In this document: piece by piece, positions 12,001 through 24,000 of the stretch
Numbering within the stretch: the first letter of the stretch is position 1
Layout: every line of letters starts with the position of its first letter
Assembly: GCA_964460795.1 (NCBI GenBank)
Contig: CAYWRU010000002.1
Span: 1,173-65,172, forward strand
Direction of reading: 5' to 3'
Length of the DNA: 64,000 nucleotides
DNA from: an uncultured bacterium
GTDB lineage: Bacteria; Omnitrophota; Omnitrophia; Omnitrophales; Aquincolibacteriaceae
Made by a program: the position numbers and the translations under genes
Notes under the pieces: generated by a model
The model's input: the letters and a program-made list of their open reading frames with translations, nothing else
Database searches by the model: none
What the model was told of the DNA's origin: nothing

Positions 12001-15000
12001 GCGTGAATTGAGGCGTTATATCAAATTGCGGATCATTCAAAAGTCTCTGCATGCGCTGATTCATGCGTGCGTACATTGCTTGCACTTTTTCAGAAAATTC
12101 GTAAAGTTCCCGCGCCTCCCTGCCCGGCAAATGAAAACCCGACGGCGGGAAAAACACCGCACTCTCATTCCATTGTGTTGCCGAAGCAGCATCCAGATTT
12201 CCTTTTGTTGGAGTCGAAACCTCCAATTCATTCGGAGAGGATGCGCCCCTCACTTCAGATCGATTGCCCGCCGTGGAAGCTTTCCGCTGAGCGTGATCGA
12301 AAGCAAAATTTGGATTTATCTTTCGGATTTCTGAACGTTTCTGTGCTTTTTGCAGTTCATCAATCAGATAGGCGTTTTTCCCGACCCAGGGCTTTAGGCT
12401 GGCGTGCTGAGGATTTTTAATAAATCCGGTAATTACTTCCTTAAATCCTAGAAGTCGTGATCTTTTCTGTTCGTAGCGGTAAAGGAGATTTCGGATCGTC
12501 GACTGAACATGCTCCGGCAGATGAGGAAGACGCTCTCTAAGTTCCGCAATGTTTTCTTCTGCTTCTTGAATAGCTAATTCCGTATTTTCGATATCCAGCA
12601 GGACGTACGGCCGGTCATCATCCGGAACTGTTAAAAGATGCCGCCGCTCAAAACTTTCCACTAATTCCGAATTCCCTTTGACAAGTCCCGCCAAACGAGT
12701 CGTCGTCAAGGCTAAAGGATCCGAAAGACCCATCTCTGTCTCTTCCCCCATTCGCACTTCAGAACGCTGGGATGAACGCGTGCGGTGTTGTGCCCGAGAA
12801 AAATCTACTGGTCCAAAACCATCTTGGGCGTAGGCTTCTAAATATTTTTTGACTTCAGCGGGATCTTTTTTTCTAGTTTTATATTCAATCACCTGTTCGA
12901 GTTCCCGCAAAGTAAACGGCAAAGCAACAAATCGTTTTTGATAAGGTTTCCCGCTGGTCAATATAGGTGAAAAAATAAGCTCTAAAGGTTTCGAGCCGTC
13001 ATAACGAACTGGTTCCACCTCATGAATTTCTGTGAAATTTTTAGGGTATATTTTTATCGTATAAAATTTTGTGGGTTTGCTGCTCCGGGAATATCGAATC
13101 AGGAAACGGGCATGCATTCGAAGGCGCTGAAGCATTTGCTCCTTGCGGGTTTTACCCTTACGCAAATCATCACCGATCTCGCCCATTGTTTCTAAAGCAG
13201 CAAGCGGATTGTTAATATCATAAATACTCATACTGCTCATCAATCCATAACGGAGCAATAAATCAGACAAACGCTTAATGCTGTCCATGGACTGCGCAAA
13301 AGCAGCTTTGTCGTTTTCGCGGATGGCTTTCGAAGTCTCTTGGAGTAACTCATGAAGTTTCTCACCGTAAAGCCCGGCCCGCTTTTTCAGCCATTTCTTC
13401 TGTGCTTTCGACAGCGGGCGCGTATGAGCCCGGATTTCTGAACGAAGGTTTGATTGAGCCAGAACCGAGATGGCTTCATGGACCTCATTTTTAAATTGTC
13501 CCGGGTCATATTTTCTGAACCGTCTTGCGTCGCCGGAAGACAATGTTTTGCCTGACATTAATTGCTGAATGACGCCTTGAACAAATCCGTTTAATCCACC
13601 CCATTCCCCTTTTTGCCTTGCAAGCTCATAGATGCGCCGGGCCTCGGTCTGAAGAGCCGTCTCGACTTTTTTAGCCGGTTCAGAAGGAGGTGCAAGATCT
13701 CGAGGAGGAATTGAGAGGGAAGAAACTTGTCTGGTTTTCGCTTGATAGACCTGGTGCCCTACTTCTTTAATGGTTTCATGAAATTCAGGCTTCATTTCAG
13801 GCGGCAAGGCCTCTTTAGCTGCAAGATATTGAGCTTCCGCCGTCTCAACATCTCCTGCTTGAAGTGATTTGAGCGCTTGATCAAAGAGCGTTTGGACTTT
13901 TTGTCTCTGCGCCGCTTGCTCCAGCCGCAGCTTTTCAGCGGCCGCTGCTTTTTCTTGCACTTCTTTCAAATCTGCCGCATTTTTTAGAATACCTTCTAAA
14001 CGGGTACGCTGCTTACTTACGCGGTCCATAAGGTCAGGCTCTGAAGCCGCTGCCCAGTTTTTTTCTATTTCTTCTTTGTTCGATGAAAGCGTCTCGGATT
14101 CAGGTACAAGATTTTTCTCCAGCGCCTTTTCTAACTGTCTCATCAAAGTGTCCGCATGATCTAACAAAAGTGTCTGCGTTTTAATTTTTCCGGACCGAGC
14201 ATTTCGATCAGCTTTTTCCGCAAGAATAGCAGCTTCACGATCTTGAATGGTTTTCTTCAACCGAGCCAGATGAAGAATGGTTTCATCCATCCCTGGAAGA
14301 AGAGGCTGCAGTTCGAGGGCTTTGAGTTTTTCTTTAGCACGACTCAGATCTCCTTTAGCCGGATCCAGGAAACGCTCAACTCCGCCCAGTAAACCCTTCC
14401 ATATCTGAGTACGATGCTCCAAATCAGCCTGAAACGTTATGACGCCTTTGATACACCCGCTAAGACGGCCCTGTTCTTCCGGTGAAAGCGCCAAGAATAT
14501 TTCCCTATAGGCGATTCCTGCTGCGAATAATTTTTTCTTTTTAGATTCAGCCTCCGGCATATCCCGCCAGGTCCTTAGCAGGAGAATAAAATTCTTAAAT
14601 TTTTCCACTTTGTCCAGCTGAAGCACTCTGAGTTTTTCATTGGCTTGATCCGATTGGGGAACAAATTCCTGTGCTATTTGAGCGGCAACTTCTTCAAATT
14701 GGCTGGCCGTTTTCCAAGGCCGGACGAAAACTTTAAAATCTGTGCTTTGAAACTTTTCCTGGGTAAGCTGTTCTTTCACCGCTTCGGCTTGGGTTTCCAA
14801 CGCCATTAATAGATCAGTGGGATTTTGTAAAACAATCTCCCACAAAGAAGCCAGCGCACCATCATGACCTGGTTCTGCCGCCACCTCCGGTCTTTGATCC
14901 GTTACCTCAACCCTGTCAAGAAGATTGGCCCATTCGCCGGAAGGATCAAATCTTTCCTGAATCAATTTGATAAATGTCTGGCGTACTGCAGCTAAAGCGC

Positions 15001-18000
15001 CGGGTTCCTTGATCATGTTGGGATTATCAAAGCCGGCTTGTTTAAAAAACGCCGCATTTAAAACGCTCAGGTAACCGAGTTTGTTTTTTTCATCGGAAAT
15101 ATCGCGGAGATTTTTACGAATGGGTTCCGATGCCGGAAGCAGGGTCTCTAAAATTTTGATGAAAGGCTCGACTTGAGATATCCCGCTTGAAAAACGCCCC
15201 ATATCTGCGGCACTTACTAACGCCTGACTTGTACCCTCTTTTTTTGTCAGAAAAAGCCGGAGAACGGGTGCAAATAAATCAAGAATGGGAGATGCCCGAT
15301 CAATAAGCTTTTGACGTTCAGCCGGAATTTTATTTTTCCCGCCCGGCCAATCTTGAACGAGCCAATCCTCAAGAGAAAGTGTTTGCGGCTCCGGCGCTGG
15401 CTTGGCTGGCGGCAAAGCAGCCTGTCTTACCGAAGTATCGCGGCGGCGCGCATCTAATAATCGGGTGAAGATATGTCCTATTTCCCGGAACTCCGGGGGC
15501 ATGGTTTTTATCACCGTTTCCACTTCTGCAACAGAACCTGTTTCAAGCATTTTTCTAAAATCTATTAATTTTTGAAAATGGGCCATACGCGTTTCCCAAG
15601 GCTCTCCATTTGACCGAAGTTCACTGCGCAGCGAAGGCGTTAGGGCCCAATTATGAATTTTCTCAACGCTGGCAAGAAAAGCCTCCGGAGAACTGAGGTC
15701 AAAGGATGGAGGAGTATTTTCTTTCTGGACAATGGAAAGCTCTTGGATACGGCGAACGGATGTTCGATAACTTTCAAACACTTGTTCGAGCTCAGTTGAT
15801 ACCTTTTTGGAATAATCCGCCACAGCAAGCTGCTTCATTTGAGTCTCTAATCCGACACTCTGTAGTTTGAGGCTTTCGGATTCGCGTACCGCAGCATCCC
15901 ATTGATGATAAAAATCAGGAAGTCCGCCCTGCCCCGGGGCCGTTTGCTGCATAAAAAAATTCAGGCGGTCACGAAGATAAAAAGCGTTCGCCTCTTTCAA
16001 CATGTCATGAGAGTCCAATCCCATCCATACGATAAACGCTAGATTCAAAGCGATGTAGAAATCACGAGCCGCTGGATCATGAGATCCTTCCGGAGAAATC
16101 TTAAGATAACGTGAAAGAAGCGGCCCTGCATGATCGATCAAAGGCTGAATCATCTTAAATTTTGTTTCCCATGGGAAAATATTATTCTTGTGAAGTTCCC
16201 ACGCAGAGCCTCCCTTAGCGGTTTCCTTTCGAGGGACTAAAAACAAAGCCAGAACGGGAAAAAAGAAATCGCTTAGCGTATCAAACCGGACAAAAAATTC
16301 TGCCCGGTTATCAAATCCCGGATAATTTTGAGCGGCATTCAACCCGGCCTTAGTTTTCAAAAATTCAGCGGATGTCCAGGGACTTAACTGCCGGCGGATC
16401 TCCCGTGCAGACTGATCAAAATTGCTTAATAGCGTTTTATCGGCTCCAACCGGAATGGCGGAAGGCGCTTGAATACCATAAGTGCGCAGTTCATGGTCCT
16501 GCTCTAATTTGAGCTGTGCCTGGGTCGCCTGAAATTCGGCGTCGGTGCGGGTGATGAGCCGGGAATAGAGTTTTCTGGCCTCAAAAGAGCGCGCATGCTG
16601 GCGGGTCTTGGGCAAAAGACGGCGGGAAAGCGCCAACTCTACGAGTAATTTTCTAAGAATGCTCACTTTTTCCTCGGGGCTCATGCCTGCATGAAATGCA
16701 TAGGCCTGGACCACGGCTTCATCATATTCCAATGCAGGAATATCTTCAGACTGCGGAACAGGATCAAGAGGTGATTTCAAAATAACGACTTCAACTTTTT
16801 TCATGGATTTCGGCTTGCTGGCATTTCCATGAAATTCTGCAGCGGGGTCAATCCAAGGTTCTTTCAACGTCAATTCTAACCGCGGAGGAAGATTCAATCC
16901 GCCTTTGGAAGATCCGGCGGGTTCTGCGGGTAAGAAACGGACATCCAAAACTTTTTTAAGGAGAGCCGCCAGCTCATATTCAGAGCGCAGGTAGGGTCTT
17001 AAACCCAGACTTAAATTTGCCCATACCGAAAGAAAATTATCGGCTTCCACGCCGGGCCGCCATTGATGAGGAGCTTCCGATGCTTGTACGGATTCAGCCT
17101 GGGTGTTCAGAACACGCAAAGACGTTACCGTATTTTTGCGAAAGGCATCTAGATCAAGCCGCTCGTCCATGAGAGAAGCGTCGGCCATGACTTTAGGCAC
17201 TTCCGGATCAAGATCCGTATCCAGCCCCACTAAAAGACGGTTTATTTTGTGGCCTTCACGAAGTAAATTCCATAGTGGGTTATTACGATCCGATAAAAGA
17301 CGATCATAATGAGCGGCTGATCCGAGAACCGCGCGCAGTAAAGCATTGATTTTATCCATCCCTCCGAAAACCTTGAAATGAAGCCGGCAAGCCCGTAGTT
17401 CATTCGTTTCAGGATATTTTTTTGCCTTTTCATCATTAAGATAGTCCAATGCCTGCTGAAAAAAATTCCGGTGCAGCTGCGTCCAAAACTCCCGAGAATG
17501 TTCATGCATGCGGGGTTCTGGATGGGCCGCAGGATCAAAGGCAATAATTTTCCGGAGCATGGCCCGATAATAAAGTCCCTTGTCAATCAGTTGGAACTGA
17601 TCAAATAGTTCAGGAGCGAGCGCCTCTGCGTTGAGAGTGCTCCAGACTCCGTCAGCATCCAGACTTTTATACGTGCGTTTTTCAGAAAGTTCAGAGTCTG
17701 TTTGAGCCACATAGACTTTTCCATCCGAGTGAATAAAAAATCCGCTCACATGGTCAAGCGAATAAATCTGACCCTTTGAACGCACGTGTATCTCTAAAGC
17801 GCTCGAATGCGCTTTTATAGAAAACTGAAAAGCTGCTTGGTGAGGATAAGTTTTTTGAATCTCATGGATCCGCCGGCGGATGGCCTCTGCGTCCATTTCA
17901 AAAATCATGTCCCTTAATTCCGAGCGGTTTGAGATTTTTGAAATATTCACGCCCGAAGAAGGTAAAGCATTCTTTCCAGATTCGCCGGGATTGGGTACAA

Positions 18001-21000
18001 AGGGCATAGGTCTGTCCCCCCGATCCAGATCCGCGCCTGGCACATTTTCTGTGTTTTCTGTGATGGATGGGCTCGTTCGCATTTCTGCCCGTTTCACAGG
18101 ACGAGAAAAATCTAAATGCAGGAGGTGGGCCATGGATTCGAGACCGCCTTCGGCGATCAATCGGCCTTCCTCGTAGATCTGCCACCGGTCTTCCAAGGAC
18201 CGTTTTCTTTTAACGATCCAATTTAGCGCTCCGTAATGAGGCTGAATTTTGCAAAAGGATTCGATCAGTATTTTTCCGTGAAATTCTTTTTCCAGCTGGG
18301 CCTTCATAGCCTGAAGAAGTGAGGGAGTGTCGGCAAAGACTCCAATCCGCAGCGGGTCAAGAGAGGATTCAAAACGTAATTTTTCGTGCAGTTTCAGCCA
18401 GGCCTGAAGTCCTGTGGCATTCCAGGCCAAGGCCAGCGGAATTTGATATTCGCTGTCAGGTTCAAATTCATTCGTGGAAAATCCTGCCGCATGTTTAGTC
18501 AAAGACCATCCGTTTCCTTCCCGGGAAGCCTTGTCATCCGTTCCCACGACCTCATCCTGCGAGATTCCGAAACGCTCGGCCATAAAACGGAGGGCCAGCG
18601 CCTTATCAACTCCCTTGACCATGATGTCGATGGAAACCGAAGTGGCCAGAGGTTCAAAAAGATGAAATTTCTGATGAGCATGACTTTGGAGAAATTCCCG
18701 GACCTCTGCAGTCATTTGATTAATCTGACGATTCACTTCGTTTTGAGTCGTCCATTCAGGCTTGATATCCACCCAGGCCGCAAAACCGTATCGTTTGTCT
18801 TCCTTAAACACAAAAGGATGTTTAAACCCCCGCGATTCGAGATGCTTCAAAATATCCTGCAAAATCGCTTCCCGTTCTTCGGGGGTAAAAATGAAATCTT
18901 TGGCAACCACACCGTACTTTTTGACCAAATCCACTTCTTTCCGGACCAAGCGGCCGTCTTCTAATTCGTCCCATGCGGCATAACTTCCGTTTTCGGGAAA
19001 CAAAATAAAGTTGGATAACTCGGCGCCCGAAAGCCCCTCTCGAATGCGGTGCGCCACTTCTGCCACATCATGGACTCCGCGCGCACGCGCATCCGTATCG
19101 GTAACATGTTCAGCTCTTCCGCTGACAAGACCGTAAGGAATTCCTTCACCAAGAAGATTTTGAATTTTCAAAAGCGCAGACTCATCCGCTTCCTTGCTGC
19201 CGTCCGGCGTCAGATTGCCGTCAAAATCCGCCAGTCCCGAAAAATAAGTTTTTTTCAGCGCCGCTTCCAGCCGCCGTATGGCTTCCTCACGTGTGATACC
19301 TCTGATTTCAGAACGGCGATCGGTAGTCGAAGGCTGATAGGTGTACTGCCATTTTTGCCAGTCTTTTGGATTCTGTGCATCCACCGTTTTATGAATCCCT
19401 GGAAAAAGCGAGGGGTGATCAATCATAAAATCCAAAACATGATGCGCTACATAGTATGGATCTTGCAAACGCTGAACCGACGCTCTCTCCTGATCCAGGG
19501 TGATAAGCTTATGATTAAGAGTTCCCCGATCAGCTTTTGATTCCACGGTGAGATTCTTTTTATGCATCTCTCGAAGCCAAATCTCCATTTTCTCCAGATA
19601 CTGAAGCGCTTTATCGTGGTCTTCTTGATAAAACTGCGTCACCCCGGAAGCATCCCAAGAAAAATCAGGCGCCAGATGATGGCTGATGACCATATCGATG
19701 TACAAAATCTTGTTCATCAGAGCTTCATAATCACCCAACGCGCCATGAGTTTTCCATGCCTTATGAATGGCTTCCATGATTTTTAAAACTCTGTCATTTT
19801 GAGAAATGCTTCTTAAGCTTTCTTCACGCCGTTCATTTTCTTGCTCTCTCCAGTTCCAGTAGGATTTGATCCTGAAGAATTTAATCAAATGCCACAGCCG
19901 CGGAACCAAATATAAAAGTCCTCCCACGATCCCCGGGGTCACAAGCGCTAAGAAGATGGGGAGCAGATTCCCGCGCATTTCCGAACGACCAGCCTTGCCT
20001 CCCGCACCGGTGCCTGGCACGCTCTTTGCGCTCTGTGTTGAGGATGGACTCCTGACACGTCCGCGAGTAAAAGGCGCAAAAGAAGCCGCATACACAAAGA
20101 GCAGAGAAAAAATACCCGTCACCGCATACGTTACAACATCCCATGGATCCCAGGTGCCGGCTTCCGTTTTATAAAACTGTCCCTGTTCCTGACCCATCCC
20201 ATCGATCATGAAATAAATGACTCGAAGTACAATCATAATTCGGAGGGTTGTGGCCCAAGTTTTTAAGGTATTCGCGCTGAGCCGGAACAAGGAAAGAATG
20301 ATTAAAAAGGCATAGGTCCAAAGATAAGTAATCCCGGTCACTCCCGGCACGTAAAGAGCATCGTTCAAGTAATGACTTGCAAAAGTCCTGAGAGGTTTCC
20401 AGTCTATAGATGAAGCGCCACCGAGATAACTCACGGACTCGCGATAATACGCAAAAATGCCCAACATCAGAAAAAAGGAAAGGCTGGCATAAGCAAATAC
20501 TTTCGAGTCTCTTAAGCGTTCAATTCCTCTTGAAATGGCACGAGACTGTTTTTTAGGTGCGGACGGAGCAGGGCGTTCGTTCACCTGAAATTCCCGAAAC
20601 GCCAAAACAATCGCCCAAACACCCAAGGACACACCTGCAGCTGACGGAATGAATTTTTTTAGAAACTCGGTTCTGCGGATTGAAGCATAAACTCGATTCT
20701 CGGAAAGCTGCTTTGACTTCAAATGCTCGCGATGCGCCAGCCATACCGAAATGTACCTGATGAAATGTTGTTCAAGAGCCGTTTCAAATTCCTGGCGGGT
20801 TTTATGGTCCCTTTTAAGAAAGAATGTTTCTCCTCTATAATCATTCACACGCAAAAGAAGTCGCCACTGGGCAGGTCCGAATCCTCGTTTGACGCTTTTC
20901 ATGGTGAATTCATGGATTTGAAAATGGATTCCCCGTTTCTTAAGCTCCGCCTCACTGCGCTCATCCGGAGAAGCTGCAAAATACTTTTCGACTGCCGACC

Positions 21001-24000
21001 GCGCAATGGCAGCAAAATCAATATCGCTATATTCAAAAACTGAATGAGAGGCTGTTTCAACGGAAATCTCGACATCGTGAATTTTAAATTTTTGAGGCGC
21101 ATTGAGATGCGGACCGTCCCGAGAGCCATAAAACATGACGGATGCCATAATGCCTGTGAATCGCCCGATCCACATCATCAACTCATCAAAAGTCGCAGCC
21201 CCGTCTTTTTTATCCACGGCTCCGGTACCCCTTCCAAAAGTACGGGGTTCGGTCGTCCGCACCTCGGAGCGAGGAAGTTGAACGGCGCCCGGATGGTTTG
21301 AAGGCAATAAGTGATGGGGAAAATCAGTGACTTCATGGAGGACATAACTCTTACCATCCAAAATCATAGTGTCGAGGAGTTTCAGCGTAAGGCGGTAAGG
21401 GATGGGAACATCCTGGATCGATTCGGCCCGCGATGGATAGACCATCCTGGAGTGCCGATGCTTCGAAAGAAAATAAATTTTCTCAGCGGATGCGAACAAG
21501 ATTTCATTTCCCCTACTGAAACCGTAGTCAACGCCGGTCACTTTTTGAATGCCGGCCTGTTCTTCGAGACGTGAGAGAAGACGTCGAATCTGATAAACTT
21601 TGAGTGCCGTCAAGTAATCCGCTAGGCCCGCAAATATCCCCAAGAAGCTGGTTCCGGCTAACAGCAAACAGGACCCATCCATGACAGTTAAAAAGGGAAA
21701 GCTGGATAAATTCCAGAAAGCAGAAAAAGTAGTGACGAAAATAGACAAGGTAACGAATGGACCGCCCAAGGCAATCAAAACTCTCTGCCTCGCCGTAAGG
21801 CCAAATGGTGTGGTGAAGAATTTAGTGTAACCAGCGGAGACAGAGATGGAAACTCCACGAATGCTGTCCAGGTCTTTCAGCTGGTAATATTTTGCAACCA
21901 TCCAATGCCCCATTTCATGGGACCACACTATGGTGAGATAGCTCAAGGGAAAAAGAAAGAGTGGGATTGCAAACCCACCCAATAGATCACGGATCAATCC
22001 ATTCATGATAAAACCAGCGGTGCTGATAAGAACCAGTATGGCCCAATGTTCGAATCGCCGCCCCAAAAGATGTCTATCCAGAACCTTGTGAAATCGCTTC
22101 ATCCACGAAATTTGTGAACCGCTCAAATGGACGGCGCGAAGTTGTTTTTCAAAAGCGTCTTTAATACTTTCTTTTCCTTCTCGTACTTCAGAGCGCTCAT
22201 GCCTGCTTGTCCGCCGTAGCTTTAGCGAAGGAGGATCCCCCGCGCCGGTGCCTGGCACGTTCTCTCCGAATGTCCCTCTCGCAGTGAAGTTGCCTCTTAC
22301 TGTGGTGATAGTATCCGTTGCGATCTTGAGCGTTGTCATATATCCTGCTTCCATGAAAACCATTGCGGAGGAAACCCATGGTTGAAGCCACCATTGCCAT
22401 CGCTGGAATCGGAATTTTGGTTGCGGTTGTATTTTTTTGGGAACAATACCAGCAAAAACGCCCTCCCCAGAATCCTCGCCGGCCTTCGTAACACCGGAAT
22501 CATCTAACCGAGCCCCACGGGCAGTCATTCCCGGCAAACCGGTGGTGGGTTCGGTTTTTTGGTTTTGAAAGACATAAAAGCCTTCATTGCTGAAGGTTTT
22601 GACAAAACCATGTTTTGCGAGTGTTTTTAAAAGAAGTTGATTGTGCTCATCGGCAGGCTTTCCCTCCCCGTTTCCGTCCGCACCGATAACAAAATGTCCG
22701 CCGTTTTTTAAGACCCTCCGGACTTCTTGGATCGCCTTGTCATAAAATTCCTCGATGCTTTGTCCCGGATCTTTTACGATCAAACCGTGATAATGGGATA
22801 CAAAAAGAAAAATGCTGATCACGGTATCAAAGGAGTTGTCCTGAAAGGGCATGGCTTGGGCTGTGCCGTGAAAATAACCGCGCTTCGGATCATCCGAAAG
22901 ATCTGGAGACAGACCCATCATATTTTTTCCTTGTTTACGAAAATAGGTCACAAGATTCTCATTCAGAACCTCGTCGCTAAAGTCATCATTTTCCACATCA
23001 AGATTTAATAAAGAGCCCTTAAGCAGCGGTTCGACATGGTACCCGTCCGATTCCGCTAGTGCGGCATAAGTCCTCCAATAATTCACATGCCCGGAATAGG
23101 TGGGAGCAAAAATCTCATCACGGCTTCGAACTTCCGCCCGATTCGAGTGAACCCGTGCGCCTGTTTCGATTGAGCCAGTGGATTTTTTTAGGGCATGGGC
23201 GTACTGGCCGACTGGCACACGCGCTGACTGGCTCACTGGCTCACCGGCTAACTGTTTTTCCATTTCACGAATTTGAAGAATGGGGTCCGCGGATTTGACT
23301 TGAAGCGCGGCGGATTCAAGAGCGCGGAGCTCGGCACGTGCTCCGGCAAACGGCATGGACTGCCAGCGCGCGAGACTGCTGAGCGGACGAGCCGTTTGAT
23401 CCGAAAGTTCATAGTCCATAGTCCATGGTCCATAAATTTTTTTTGAGTTTAATTTGGAATTTGGAATTTGAAATTTGAGATTTGTTTCGGATTTCGAGTT
23501 TCGAATTTCAAGTTTTTCAAATGCATACGACCGTCCTATCATCAATTTTTGGTAACGCCGCTGATGCCGTTCGCTGGTGCGCGTAATCATGGGAAGAATA
23601 GATTGGCAGGTAATCCCCTGTTCACGCAGCGCATCCAACACCGCGGGTTTATGAAATCCGCCGAAGACCAGGACGGCTAATTTCTGATCCGGATCGGATT
23701 TAAAATCGCGAATCGCTTTTTCCATGATCCGGTCGCGCGCATGGGCCGTTAAATAAAAACGAATCGCTTTTTTGATTTTGTGCTCCCAGCCTTTTGAAAG
23801 CAGAATGGGCCGGCCGGTTTCATGCGCCAGAAAATCCGCAAGACCATCGGTTTTAAATTCATTTAGAGTTTTCATGGCACGCTTGAACTCTTCGGGGCTG
23901 GCTGTAATTTTTTCGACTTTGCTGAGAAGCGAAAGGGCTTCCAAGGTTTGGAATATTTTCTGCTCGCGGACTCCGGCCAAACACTTCTTCACCCCCTCTT

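Larger units (their letters stand above)
404..23338 (-). repeat. Dispersed in-frame pentapeptide motif R-[S/A]-E-[V/I/L/M]-R, 21 copies, punctuating the giant ORF
   Basis: The 15-nt sites (+ coordinates, all starting at = 2 mod 3) and their peptides:
404-418 RSEVR; 455-469 RSEVR; 4190-4204 RSELR; 4886-4900 RSEMR; 5486-5500 RSEMR; 8120-8134 RSEVR; 9872-9886 RSELR; 11063-11077 RSEIR; 12248-12262 RSEVR; 12323-12337 RSEIR; 12752-12766 RSEVR; 13430-13444 RSEIR; 15614-15628 RSELR; 17912-17926 RSELR; 18077-18091 RAEMR; 19301-19315 RSEIR; 19973-19987 RSEMR; 21257-21271 RSEVR; 22181-22195 RSEVR; 23126-23140 RAEVR; 23324-23338 RAELR.
Degenerate relatives: 6908-6925 RSEATR, 10547-10561 RSESG, 24407-24421 RRSEA. 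Confidence 0.85.

Noticed and set aside
20015-20029. TGGCAC-N5-TTGC on the + strand, a formal sigma-54 -24/-12 promoter match. A sigma-54 activator is encoded in the window.
   Set aside because: It lies antisense inside the giant CDS. It is a by-product of the palindromic VPGTG codon block GTGCCAGGCAC, and the two sister copies (22248, 18033) lack the TTGC. No + strand gene lies downstream. It is kept only as a remote possibility of an antisense transcript.
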